Position numbers and translations under genes: made by a program
Origin: Formosimonas sp.
GTDB taxonomy: Bacteria; Pseudomonadota; Gammaproteobacteria; Burkholderiales; Burkholderiaceae
Assembly (NCBI GenBank): GCA_044357705.1
Contig: JBIKPB010000001.1
Coordinates: 1 to 33,580, forward strand
Direction: 5' to 3'
Length of the DNA: 33,580 nucleotides
Shown here: piece after piece, positions 19,162 to 28,522 of the stretch
Position numbering within the stretch: the stretch's first letter is position 1
How the letters are laid out: each line of letters starts with the position of its first letter
Notes under the pieces: model-generated
What the model was told of the DNA's origin: nothing
The model's input: the letters and a program-made list of their open reading frames with translations, nothing else
Database searches by the model: none

Positions 19162-20544
19162 TTAAGCAGTCTTGATCAATGCAGCGTAAAAGAATCCATC
19201 GTGATTGTGAGTCGCATCCACGCGCGGCAATAATTGCGATACTGGTAAATCAACTCGTTTGGCGTTGGGTGTATGTTCCAAAAACGCTTGAATGATTGCC
19301 TCACCTTCGCTTGCAAAAATCGAGCATGTGCAATACACCAAGCGGCCATTCGCCGCCAAAACTTTCCACATTGTACGCAAGAGTTGCGCCTGTTGTCTCG
19401 CTAAACCATCCAAATCGTTGCGTGCACGCAACCAGCGAATATCCGGATGACGACGCACGATACCACTGGCCGAGCATGGCGCATCGAGCAAAATGCGATC
19501 AAACGGTACATCGTCCCACCATTGATGCACGTTGTTGGCATCACAGACGATGACTTCAGCATCCAGCTTAAGGCGCACTAGATTTTCGTCAATGCGGCGC
19601 GCACGGACTTCGTCTTTTTCCAACGCGGTCAGCTGTACATCGTAACGCTCTAAAATATGCCCCGTCTTGCCACCGGGTGCTGCGCATGCATCCAAAACCC
19701 TCAAACCAGCGCGCAAATCCAATAAATCCGCCGCGTGTTGTGCACCCGCATCTTGCACCGAAACACCACCCTCGGCAAAAACCGGTAATTGGTTGACATG
19801 GCACGGATTTTCTAACAAAACCGCTTGCGCACTCAAATCTGGCATCGCGCGCGCCGGCATGTTCTGTTCGGCGAGTAATTTCAGATAATCATCCGTTGAA
19901 TATTGACGCGCATTGACGCGCAAAGTCATCGGAGGATGGCTGTTGCCGACGGTTAAAATATTTTGCCAATCACTCGGATATGCTGCGCGCACATCTTCGA
20001 TCCACCACAACGGGTAATTATATGCCGCTTCCAAATCGGTCTCGGCCAACTGCTCCCACTCGGTGCGCTCGCGTAAAAACCGGCGCAAAATCGCGTTGAC
20101 CAAACCTTTGGCATGCGGTTTGAAATTTTCTGCGGCCGCTACTGTTTGATCAACCAGCACAAACTCGCTGGCTGACTGCTGACGCAATTGTGTTAAAGCC
20201 ACCGACAACAATGCCTGAACCCAAATCGTCGGTGCATTGGGAATAAAATACGTCAACCAAAAATGCGTGCACCCCCAATGACGCATGGTCTCAAACGACA
20301 AACGCTGCACATTCGCACGCGCGGCATCTTCCATCTCAATCGCCGCCAATGCGTGCTGCATCGAGTAGCCTTGGCGCACTGCCGTTATAACATGTGCCGC
20401 CATCGAAAGCTGATAAGCGAGCGACGTTGCAGGTAAGTTATAGACTTTGACATCGGCCAAGTCAATCCGCTCCACAGCAGCTGGGCGAGGCTTGTGCGGA
20501 GTTTGAGGTTTTTTACGTGAAATGTTGTGGCGGCGTTCAGTCAT
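19162..20544 (-). CDS. rsmB: 16S rRNA m5C967 methyltransferase RsmB (Sun)
   Basis: NusB-like N-terminus (GLVNAILRRF), PPMTLRVN, SVQDAGAQ, LDACAAPGGKT, LDAPCSASGIVRRHPDI, YCTCS, HDGFFYA. Confidence 0.95.
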   Translation of the reverse strand: MTERRHNISRKKPQTPHKPRPAAVERIDLADVKVYNLPATSLAYQLSMAAHVITAVRQGYSMQHALAAIEMEDAARANVQRLSFETMRHWGCTHFWLTYFIPNAPTIWVQALLSVALTQLRQQSASEFVLVDQTVAAAENFKPHAKGLVNAILRRFLRERTEWEQLAETDLEAAYNYPLWWIEDVRAAYPSDWQNILTVGNSHPPMTLRVNARQYSTDDYLKLLAEQNMPARAMPDLSAQAVLLENPCHVNQLPVFAEGGVSVQDAGAQHAADLLDLRAGLRVLDACAAPGGKTGHILERYDVQLTALEKDEVRARRIDENLVRLKLDAEVIVCDANNVHQWWDDVPFDRILLDAPCSASGIVRRHPDIRWLRARNDLDGLARQQAQLLRTMWKVLAANGRLVYCTCSIFASEGEAIIQAFLEHTPNAKRVDLPVSQLLPRVDATHNHDGFFYAALIKTA

Positions 20545-20709
20545 GGGCAATTTTCGAGTGGAAAGCAGTTGAGATCAATCACCGATCAATTCATTTTTAA
20601 CCGGCTCAAATAATATTTTATATTTGAATATGGCTCAGGATACCAAATAAACGCAATTTTGGATAGCACGGTAGAATGTCACATCATTTTGACTCGTAAT
20701 GGACTGACC

Positions 20710-21654
20710 ATGCACATCCTTTTTATCGCCGATCCGCTCACCAGCTTTAAGATCACCAAAGAAACCACTTACGCCATGATGCGCGCCGCACAAGCCCGTG
20801 GTCACACGATTTGGGCCAGCTTGGCGCAAGAATTGTATTCAGATAATGGTGTCAAAACCGCCGCGCGACACATTCGACTGCTCGACGAGCCAAGTAATAC
20901 CGCATGGTACGAAGTGGTCGAATCGACTGACAAGGCACTCAAGGGTTTTGATGCCGTCATCATGCGCAAAGACCCACCGTTCGATGTCAATTATGTCACA
21001 GACACCTGGTTACTCAACGCAGCAGTCCGTGAAGGAGCGGTGGTGTTCAATGCGCCCTCAGGCATTCGCGATCATTCGGAAAAAGTCTCGATCCTAGAGT
21101 TTCCGGAATTCACCGCACCGACCTTAATCAGCTCAGATAAAACCCGCTTGGCAGCATTTCATACACAGCACAAAGACGTGATCCTCAAGCCGCTGGACGG
21201 CATGGGCGGCTCTGGTGTTTTTCGCGTCAAGGAAGACGGGATGAATCTGGGCAGCGTGATTGAAGTACTCACGCACAATGGTGAACGACCGATTATGGCA
21301 CAGCAATTTTTACCGGCAATTGCGCAAGGTGACAAACGGATTTTATTGATCGGCGGCCAAGTCGTGCCGTACGCTTTGGCGCGGATTCCACAAGGCAATG
21401 AAGTGCGCGGCAATATGGCAGTTGGTGGCAAAGCCGTCGCCCAACCATTGTCAGAGCGCGATTGGCAACTTGCCAACACCTTGGCGCCGATTCTGTGGTC
21501 GCGCGGTGTTTTGCTCACAGGTTTGGATGTGATCGGTGATTGCATTACCGAAATCAACGTGACCAGTCCGACCGGTTTTCAGGAAATTTTCAACCAAACC
21601 GGCTTTGATGTCGCGGGTTTATTTATTGAAACATTGGAGCATGTGTGTCAATGA
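20710..21654 (+). CDS. gshB: Glutathione synthetase
   Basis: MRKDPPFD, LKPLDGMGG.GVF, GDKRILLI, RGNMAVGG, GLDVIG..ITEINVTSPTGF. ATG at 20710 follows a GGA RBS. Confidence 0.96.
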   Translation: MHILFIADPLTSFKITKETTYAMMRAAQARGHTIWASLAQELYSDNGVKTAARHIRLLDEPSNTAWYEVVESTDKALKGFDAVIMRKDPPFDVNYVTDTWLLNAAVREGAVVFNAPSGIRDHSEKVSILEFPEFTAPTLISSDKTRLAAFHTQHKDVILKPLDGMGGSGVFRVKEDGMNLGSVIEVLTHNGERPIMAQQFLPAIAQGDKRILLIGGQVVPYALARIPQGNEVRGNMAVGGKAVAQPLSERDWQLANTLAPILWSRGVLLTGLDVIGDCITEINVTSPTGFQEIFNQTGFDVAGLFIETLEHVCQ

Positions 21655-21712
21655 TGAAAAATAAGACCCTAATTTTTCCAGAGCATCTTCAACAGCAAAA
21701 AAAATGAACCCT

Positions 21713-21749
21713 AAAAAAACGAGCCTTTAAATCAAAGACTCGTTTTTTA
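21713..21749. terminator. Bidirectional terminator between gshB and puuB
   Basis: AAAAAAACGAG(C)CTTT...AAAG(A)CTCGTTTTTT inverted repeat between convergent genes. Confidence 0.7.
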
Positions 21750-21751
21750 TT

Positions 21752-23035
21752 TTAAATTCCAAACTTATCGCGCAAACTGTAATACGCCGCACCCATCGCT
21801 GTAAACGGCACACGCATCAATCGACCGCCCGGAAACGGATAATGCGGCAATTGCGCAAACGCGTTGAAACGTTCGCGTTGCCCCATAATCGCTTCCGACA
21901 GAACCTTGCCTGCCAAATGCGTGTACGTGATGCCATGACCCGAGCAACCTTGCGAGTAAAAAATATTATTGTGCTCGCCCAATATCCCAACTTGCGGCAA
22001 ACGCGACAAAGTCAGTAAGAAATTACCCGTCCATGCAAAATCAATCTTGACACCCTTGAGTTGAGGGAAGGTTTTTTCGAGTTTTGGACGAATGATCGCC
22101 TCGACATTCGCAGGATCACGCGCGCCGTAAATCACGCCACCACCAAACAACAAGCGGTTGTCACCCGTCAAACGATAGTAATCCAGTAAGTAATTGCAAT
22201 CCTCAACGCAATAATCTTGCGGCAATAAGCTGCGCGCCATTTCTTGCGACAACGGTGCAGTGGTCACGACTTGACTGCCGCATGGCATTGACTTGGCAGA
22301 TAACTCGGGCACGAGATTACCCAAATATGCATTGCCTGCGACAACTACGATGCGCGCCTTGACGCTGCCATTGGCAGTACGCACAATCGGATTCATGCCA
22401 CGTTCAATTTGCGTCACCGGCGATTGTTCATAGATCACACCACCGAGCGATTCAAACCCAGCAGCTTCGCCTAAAGCCAGATTGAGCGAGTGAAAATGTC
22501 CACCCGAATGATCAATCGAACCACCGATGTAGATATCCGTGCCAACGATTTCTGACATTTGTTTTTTATCAAGCAATTCAACTTGATCGTGACCATAGCG
22601 CGCCCAAAGTTTTTGCTGGTGCTCCAGATGCCCCATTTGCTTAGTGGTAAATGCGGCAAATACGCCACCGTCTTTTAAATCACATTTAATGTTGTATTGA
22701 GCAATGCGTTCACGAATGATGCGGTTGCCTTCAAATGCCATTTGACCGAGCACTTTAGCCCCATCCATACCGACTTGCTTTTCGATGCTGTCAATGTCGC
22801 GGCTGTAGCTGTTGACGATTTGTCCGCCATTGCGTCCGGATGCGCCAAAGCCGATTTTTGCGGCTTCGACAATCGTCACTTTAAAGCCGTTTTCAGCTAA
22901 AAAAAGACCGGTTGATAAACCCGTATAACCCGCGCCAATAATGCAAATATCGGTTTCGACATCACCTTGCAATGTATGACGTTGAGGGACTGGGTTGGCG
23001 GTAGCCGCGTAGTAAGTAGGTGCGTAAGGCGTCAT
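21752..23035 (-). CDS. puuB: Gamma-glutamylputrescine oxidase (FAD-dependent, PuuB/OrdL family)
   Basis: YYAATAN, IIGAGYTGLS, GFGASGRNGGQIVNSYSRD, DCNYLLDYYRL, QGCSGHG, PFPGG; polyamine cluster context. Confidence 0.9.
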   Translation of the reverse strand: MTPYAPTYYAATANPVPQRHTLQGDVETDICIIGAGYTGLSTGLFLAENGFKVTIVEAAKIGFGASGRNGGQIVNSYSRDIDSIEKQVGMDGAKVLGQMAFEGNRIIRERIAQYNIKCDLKDGGVFAAFTTKQMGHLEHQQKLWARYGHDQVELLDKKQMSEIVGTDIYIGGSIDHSGGHFHSLNLALGEAAGFESLGGVIYEQSPVTQIERGMNPIVRTANGSVKARIVVVAGNAYLGNLVPELSAKSMPCGSQVVTTAPLSQEMARSLLPQDYCVEDCNYLLDYYRLTGDNRLLFGGGVIYGARDPANVEAIIRPKLEKTFPQLKGVKIDFAWTGNFLLTLSRLPQVGILGEHNNIFYSQGCSGHGITYTHLAGKVLSEAIMGQRERFNAFAQLPHYPFPGGRLMRVPFTAMGAAYYSLRDKFGI

Positions 23036-23091
23036 TATTTTCTATTCAAAACGATAAAATTATTCAACAAAAAAACGAAAAGATTATGTCA

Positions 23092-24585
23092 TCACGCATC
23101 GTGAATCTTGATCCACGTGGTTTTTAATTCAGTGTATTTATCTAAGGCATGTAGCGATTTATCACGGCCATTGCCCGACTGTTTGTAGCCGCCGAATGGC
23201 ACCGTGATGTCATCGTCATTGTATTGATTAACGTGCACCGTACCGGCACGCAATGCACGTGCAACGCGATGCGCTTTGGAAATATTGCTCGTCCAAACCG
23301 CGGCTTGCAAACCGTATTCGGTATCGTTCGCCAGCGCAACTGCCTCGGCTTCAGTTTCAAAGGTCATCGCCGCCAACACCGGACCAAAAATTTCTTCACG
23401 CACAATCGTCATGTGCGGTTGCGCGACAAAAACCGTCGGTTCGATGTAATAACCACCGGTTTCGATGCGAGTCTGCGCGCCGCCGGCAATCAATTCTGCG
23501 CCTTCAGTTTTGCCGCTTTCAATGTATCTCATCACCGATTTGAGTTGAATGTCATCGACAATCGCACCCATCGTCGTACCGCCATCAAGCGGATCAGCGG
23601 GTGTAAAACTCGCGACATGCGCAGCGACTTTCGCCATAAACTCATCTTTGATCGATGCTTCGACATACAGGCGTGTCGGCGCATTGCAACTCTCGCCTTG
23701 GTTATAAAACACATTGCCCGCTGCAGCTGCGGCTGCTTCATCTAAGTCCGGCGCATCGGCAAAAACGATATTCGGTGATTTGCCGCCGAGCTCCATCCAA
23801 GCACGCTTCAAGTTTGACGTTGCAGCGGCCTGCATGATGCGCTTACCCACTGCGGTCGAACCGGTGAAGGCGACACAATCGACATCCATGTGCTCAGCCA
23901 ATGCAGCACCGGCCTCGTGACCGTAGCCGGGCAAGACGTTAAATACACCGGCAGGAATACCGGCTTCCAATGCCAACTCAGCCAAACGCAATGCGGTCAA
24001 CGGTGATTTTTCCGACGGTTTAAGAATCACCGAATTACCAGTTGCCAACGCAGGCGCAATCTTCCAACTGGTCATGAGCAACGGATAATTCCAAGGTACC
24101 ACGGCAGCCACCACACCGACCGGCTCACGCGTGATCAAGGCGAGCGAATCGCGAGGCGTCGGCGCAATTTCGTCATAAACCTTATCAATCGCTTCACCAA
24201 ACCAGCGAATGGTATTTTGTGCGGAATTGACATCGACTGCGAGTGCATTTGATACGGGTTTACCCATATCTAATGTTTCGGTCACGGCCAACTCATGTGC
24301 ATTGGCGACAATCAAATCGGCGAATTTGATCAAGGTTTCTTTGCGTTTTTTCGGCGACAAATGCGCCCAACGACCGTCCTCAAAAGCTGCACGAGCCACT
24401 TTGACTGCGGCATCAACATCGGCTTGTTTACAACGTGCCACGTCGATCAGTTTTTGTCCGTCAAGCGGACTGATGCAAGCGAATGTGTCATTGTCATGTG
24501 CATGAACACGCGCACCGTTGACGAAGGCACGACCGTCAAGTTTGACTTTAATTTCTGCGGCTTTTTCTTTCCAATTGATGCTCAT
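23092..24585 (-). CDS. puuC: Gamma-glutamyl-gamma-aminobutyraldehyde dehydrogenase (PuuC/KauB-like ALDH)
   Basis: ETLDMGKP, EAIDKVYDEIAPT, PWNYP, ELGGKSPN, NQGESC, EEIFGPV, PFGGYKQSGNGRDKSLHALDKY. Confidence 0.9.
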   Translation of the reverse strand: MSINWKEKAAEIKVKLDGRAFVNGARVHAHDNDTFACISPLDGQKLIDVARCKQADVDAAVKVARAAFEDGRWAHLSPKKRKETLIKFADLIVANAHELAVTETLDMGKPVSNALAVDVNSAQNTIRWFGEAIDKVYDEIAPTPRDSLALITREPVGVVAAVVPWNYPLLMTSWKIAPALATGNSVILKPSEKSPLTALRLAELALEAGIPAGVFNVLPGYGHEAGAALAEHMDVDCVAFTGSTAVGKRIMQAAATSNLKRAWMELGGKSPNIVFADAPDLDEAAAAAAGNVFYNQGESCNAPTRLYVEASIKDEFMAKVAAHVASFTPADPLDGGTTMGAIVDDIQLKSVMRYIESGKTEGAELIAGGAQTRIETGGYYIEPTVFVAQPHMTIVREEIFGPVLAAMTFETEAEAVALANDTEYGLQAAVWTSNISKAHRVARALRAGTVHVNQYNDDDITVPFGGYKQSGNGRDKSLHALDKYTELKTTWIKIHDA

Positions 24586-24722
24586 GTAGGACTCCTTGAA
24601 TGGTTGCGCTGATTATAAAAGCGGCTCCATGTAAGCGCCAGTAAAAAGGCAAGTGGACTTAAAAATAGCAAGAAAGTGGTTCTGACTTAATTGTGATTTA
24701 CCTGAATATAACCACACCAATC

Positions 24723-24751
24723 TTGACTGTATGTGACATCCCCCGTACAAT
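24723..24751 (+). promoter_or_regulatory. Sigma70 promoter for the riboswitch / Mn-exporter transcript
   Basis: TTGACT (24723-24728), 17-bp spacer, TACAAT (24746-24751), directly before the aptamer. Confidence 0.8.
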
Positions 24752-24757
24752 GCTTTT

Positions 24758-24873
24758 GTCATTGGGGAGTAGCCTCCTTTTGTCTTTACAAAAGGGTTTA
24801 TGTCAACACACTTGAGTCGCAAAGCTCATGGCGTAAACGGTTCGATTTACCCACTCTTGGCCAGACCTTTGAC
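24758..24873 (+). ncRNA. yybP-ykoY manganese riboswitch
   Basis: Hallmark GGGGAGTAGCC ... GTCAACACACTTG ... TGGCG ... GGCCAGACC, flanked by GTCA/TGAC P1 pairing, upstream of a UPF0016 gene. Confidence 0.88.
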
Positions 24874-24934
24874 CACACGCCGCCGCAGCCGGAGGAGCGT
24901 AGTGGTCATTGTTCGCGTCCGGCATAAGGGTTTC

Positions 24935-25510
24935 ATGATGTTCAGCTTACCAACATTACTCGTGTCCACAGGCGTTGTTGCTTTGGGCGAAATGGGTGAT
25001 AAAACTCAATTGCTTGCTTTTATTTTGGCAGCCAAATTCCGTAAACCGATTCCAATTATTTTAGGTATTTTTGTAGCAACCATTTTCAATCATGCGACTG
25101 CAGGTGTGCTCGGTGCTTGGATCACTTCACTGGTAGAACCGCAAACCATGCGCTGGATTTTGGCAGCTTCATTCATCGGTATGGGTTTATGGACACTGAT
25201 TCCCGACAAGCTGGATGAAGAAGATGCCAAGCTGGCGCATTTTGGTGTATTCGCCACCACAGTCATCGCATTTTTCTTGGCTGAAATGGGTGATAAAACC
25301 CAAATCGCAACAGTGGCTTTAGCCGCCAAATATCCAACGGATTTACTTTCCGTGGTCATCGGTACGACCGCAGGCATGATGATTGCCGATGTACCGGCGG
25401 TGCTTTTTGCCAAAACCATCGCGCAAAAAGTACCCCTGAAACTGGTGCATGGCATTGCTGCGGTGATTTTCATCGCCATCGGCGTGGTGACTTTGTTTTG
25501 GCCCAACTAA
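24935..25510 (+). CDS. mneA: UPF0016 / TMEM165-GDT1 family Mn2+ (Ca2+) exporter
   Basis: Two EMGDKTQ motifs, about 6 TM segments, downstream of a Mn riboswitch. Start is ATG 24935 or 24938. Confidence 0.9.
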   Translation: MMFSLPTLLVSTGVVALGEMGDKTQLLAFILAAKFRKPIPIILGIFVATIFNHATAGVLGAWITSLVEPQTMRWILAASFIGMGLWTLIPDKLDEEDAKLAHFGVFATTVIAFFLAEMGDKTQIATVALAAKYPTDLLSVVIGTTAGMMIADVPAVLFAKTIAQKVPLKLVHGIAAVIFIAIGVVTLFWPN

Positions 25511-25542
25511 ACCAATATTAAAACACGTCGTTATATAGAAAG

Positions 25543-25574
25543 AAAAAGCCGAGTCATTGCTGACTCGGCTTTTT
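25543..25574. terminator. Bidirectional terminator between the Mn exporter and potI
   Basis: AAAAAGCCGAGTCA-TTGC-TGACTCGGCTTTTT. Confidence 0.85.
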
Positions 25575-25592
25575 ATTCACGTCGCTCAAAAA

Positions 25593-26411
25593 TCATGCAT
25601 CGCGATAAGCTGCAGCGATTTCTTTGGCAATGCGTTTTTCACGTTTTTGCAGGTAAATACTGCCGGCGATTAAAGCCGCCGAGACGACAAAGACGATCAT
25701 TGCACCGAGTGCATTCAAAATCGGCTTCGCACCTTGACGCGCGTTGTCAAGAATCACGTTCGGCAACGGCTTGACACCTGGGCCACTCAAGAACTGTGAA
25801 ATCACGACATCATCAAATGAAATCGTAAACACCAACAACCACGCCGACATCAGCGACTGCGCAATCAAAGGCAAAATCACCAGAAAAAACGCATTGAGTG
25901 GTTTCGCTCCCAAGTCCAAAGCCGCTTCTTCATACGCTGCGGGAGTTTCTGAAAAACGCGCGCGAATCACAACAGTAGCATAAGCCGCACCGAGTAAAGT
26001 GTGCCCAAGGATGATCGTGAGGTAGCCCCCTTCGAGTTTAAACAGCGATTTAAATACCAACAACAATGATAAGCCAAGCACCACTTCTGGCATTACCAAC
26101 GGTGTACTTGCCATGCCACCAAATAGTGTTTTACCCGGAAAACGGCGATAGCGATTCAAAACAAAAGCGATTAATGTACCAATGATGACCGAAAAGCTCG
26201 CCGCAAGCAGCGCAATCTTCAGCGAGACCCATAAACTACTGGCAATCTCTGGGGTTTTAAACAGCAGCTCGTAATTTTCCAATGAAAAGCCGCGCCACTG
26301 CGTCGGGCGACCTTTATTGAACGAGAACACAATCATGATCAAAATCGGCGTGTACAAAAATGCGTACACCAAAGCCATCCATGAGCGAGGGAACCAGTTG
26401 TTGGATTTCAT
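25593..26411 (-). CDS. potI: Putrescine/polyamine ABC transporter permease
   Basis: FLYTPI...VFSFN, PLVMPEVVLGLSLL, EEAALDLGA (EAA motif), SFDDVVISQFLSGPG. Confidence 0.9.
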   Translation of the reverse strand: MKSNNWFPRSWMALVYAFLYTPILIMIVFSFNKGRPTQWRGFSLENYELLFKTPEIASSLWVSLKIALLAASFSVIIGTLIAFVLNRYRRFPGKTLFGGMASTPLVMPEVVLGLSLLLVFKSLFKLEGGYLTIILGHTLLGAAYATVVIRARFSETPAAYEEAALDLGAKPLNAFFLVILPLIAQSLMSAWLLVFTISFDDVVISQFLSGPGVKPLPNVILDNARQGAKPILNALGAMIVFVVSAALIAGSIYLQKREKRIAKEIAAAYRDA

Positions 26412-27307
26412 TTGAATTCTCCTGCTTTTTCTTCGTATTTATTCAAAATCATCATGGGAATAATCACCAAGAGAATGATCGTGATTGCCAATGCAGATGC
26501 GAGTGGCCAGTCTGCGTTTTGGAAATACTCGGACGCCAAAACATTACCGATCATCAGCGTGTCAGCACCACCCAATAACTGTGGAATCACATACTCGCCC
26601 ACACAAGGAATGAACACCAACATTAAGCCCGCAATAATTCCCGCTTTAGACAGCGGCACGGTGACCAAAAAGAACGTCTTCAAAGGCGTAGCGCCCAAGT
26701 CAGCAGAAGCTTCCCAATAGCGTGGATCCATTTTTGACAATGTTGAATACAACGGCAAAATCATGAAAGGAATGTACACATAAACCATGCCAAACATCAT
26801 CGAGAACGGTGTGCCAAACACATGCAAATCCTCGGTGATCAAGCCTAAACCTTTGAGTAATCCACCGATCGATGTGACAAAAACCCCCGAGTCATTGAAC
26901 AATGCCTTGATCGCATAAACACGGATCAACATAGAAATCCAAAACGGCAACATGACAAACAGCAATAACATCGGCTGCTTCCCTTTCGGTGCACGAGCCA
27001 TAAAGTACGCGAACGGATACGCAATGATCAAGCAAATAATTGCAGTTAAGCCTGCGTAATACAGCGAAGATAAGTATGCTGAACGATAAATACCACCGGT
27101 CAAAATATCATCAAGAATTGGCGCGAAGTTATTCTTTAAAAACCAACCTTCATTGCGGTAGATTTTATAAAAACCACCGCCCGACACCATTTCTGAAATA
27201 CTCACTTGCAACAAAAACAAAAATGGCAGGAGCAACATGACAATCAGCCAGAAATACGGCAAGCCTATGACCGCCCATTTTCCACGAGAGGATTTTAAGA
27301 ATTTCAT
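26408..27307 (-). CDS. potH: Putrescine/polyamine ABC transporter permease
   Basis: LPFWISMLIRVYA, PFMILPLY, EASADLGA, FIPCVGEYVIP.LLGG, DWPLASA; ATGA overlap with potI. Confidence 0.9.
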   Translation of the reverse strand: MKFLKSSRGKWAVIGLPYFWLIVMLLLPFLFLLQVSISEMVSGGGFYKIYRNEGWFLKNNFAPILDDILTGGIYRSAYLSSLYYAGLTAIICLIIAYPFAYFMARAPKGKQPMLLLFVMLPFWISMLIRVYAIKALFNDSGVFVTSIGGLLKGLGLITEDLHVFGTPFSMMFGMVYVYIPFMILPLYSTLSKMDPRYWEASADLGATPLKTFFLVTVPLSKAGIIAGLMLVFIPCVGEYVIPQLLGGADTLMIGNVLASEYFQNADWPLASALAITIILLVIIPMMILNKYEEKAGEFK

Positions 27308-27316
27308 GATGGCCCC

Positions 27317-28423
27317 TTAATTGTACGATGGCGTAACAGGTACGATGGCTTCCGAAAGCCAAGACACAAACACTTCATCTTCCCAAGTAAAGTTTTCGTC
27401 CATATAACGGTCGATATTAGTGCGTTGTACCTTAATCGTCTTGCCCGAATCTTCGAGTTTAACGTGGTACAAAGTATCTGAACCGTAGTACGCAATTTCT
27501 TTAATCACGCCTTTGACTTGATTGCCTCGATGTTCCGGCGCCTTGCGCGTCAATTCCATTTTTTCTGGACGAATGGCAATTGTAATTCTGCCTCCCACCT
27601 GCCCCGGAATGGCATGATCAATCACATGCAAAATGTCATCTGTTTGCACTTCGGCCAAATCAGTTCGATCAATCAGAATCTCCCCTTCAAACAAATTGAC
27701 GTTACCAATAAAATCAGCGACAAACTCCGACTGTGGCGTTTCGTAAATTTCACGCGGCGAACCCACTTGTAAGAAACGCCCTTCTGACATCACGGCAATA
27801 CGCGAAGCCATCGTCATGGCCTCTTCTTGGTCATGCGTCACCATCACGCACGTCACGCCGACTTTTTCGATGATGTTCACCAATTCAAGCTGCGTGGTTT
27901 CACGCAGTTTTTTGTCCAACGCGCCCAAAGGCTCATCCAGCAATAATAATTTCGGTTCTTTAGCCAAACTGCGCGCCAAAGCAACACGTTGCTGTTGACC
28001 ACCGGAAAGTTGATGCGGTTTACGCTTGGCAAATTTAGTCAATTGTGTGAGTTTAAGCATGTGCTCGACTTTTTGCGCCACAACATCTTTAGCAAGTCCA
28101 TCACGACGCAGGCCAAAAGCAATGTTATCCCAAACATTCAAATGCGGAAACAACGCATAAGACTGGAACATCATGTTAATGGGTCGTTCAAATGGCGGCA
28201 CTTTAGAAATGTCTTGCCCCGCCAACAAAATTTTGCCCGATGTCGGCGTTTCAAATCCCGCCAACATGCGCAGCAAGGTTGATTTACCGCAGCCCGAACT
28301 GCCGAGCAATGCAAAAATATCGCCTTGCTGAATGTCAATTGAGATTTTATCAACGGCAACAAAATCACCGAATTTTTTCTCTACTTCTTGAATACGCAAA
28401 AATGGCGTGGTTTCATTACTCAT
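27317..28423 (-). CDS. potG: Putrescine/polyamine ABC transporter ATP-binding protein
   Basis: GSSGCGKST Walker A, MMFQSYALFPH, LSGGQQQRVALARSL, LLLDEPLGALDKKLRE, TOBE-like C-terminus. Confidence 0.93.
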   Translation of the reverse strand: MSNETTPFLRIQEVEKKFGDFVAVDKISIDIQQGDIFALLGSSGCGKSTLLRMLAGFETPTSGKILLAGQDISKVPPFERPINMMFQSYALFPHLNVWDNIAFGLRRDGLAKDVVAQKVEHMLKLTQLTKFAKRKPHQLSGGQQQRVALARSLAKEPKLLLLDEPLGALDKKLRETTQLELVNIIEKVGVTCVMVTHDQEEAMTMASRIAVMSEGRFLQVGSPREIYETPQSEFVADFIGNVNLFEGEILIDRTDLAEVQTDDILHVIDHAIPGQVGGRITIAIRPEKMELTRKAPEHRGNQVKGVIKEIAYYGSDTLYHVKLEDSGKTIKVQRTNIDRYMDENFTWEDEVFVSWLSEAIVPVTPSYN

Positions 28424-28483
28424 GTCGGTCTCCTCAAAAGCTTAATGGGGTATTTGATTGAATGGGGTTGAATGCTTTGTAAT

Positions 28484-28515
28484 AAAAAGCCTTTTTCTCC
28501 TGTGAGAAAAAGGCT
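28484..28515 (-). terminator. Terminator-like hairpin between potF and potG
   Basis: AGCCTTTTTCTC-CTGT-GAGAAAAAGGCT with a U-tract on the minus strand. Confidence 0.75.
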
Positions 28516-28522
28516 GATTGAA

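Noticed and set aside
24800-24934. 45-aa in-frame extension of the UPF0016 gene
   Set aside because: It runs through the riboswitch aptamer and is not family-like; the real start is at 24935 or 24938.
9353-25577. Similar AATAAAAAA...TTTTTTATT flanks on several hairpins, as a possible REP or DNA-uptake sequence
   Set aside because: The stem cores differ; the shared part is just the A/T tracts of bidirectional terminators.
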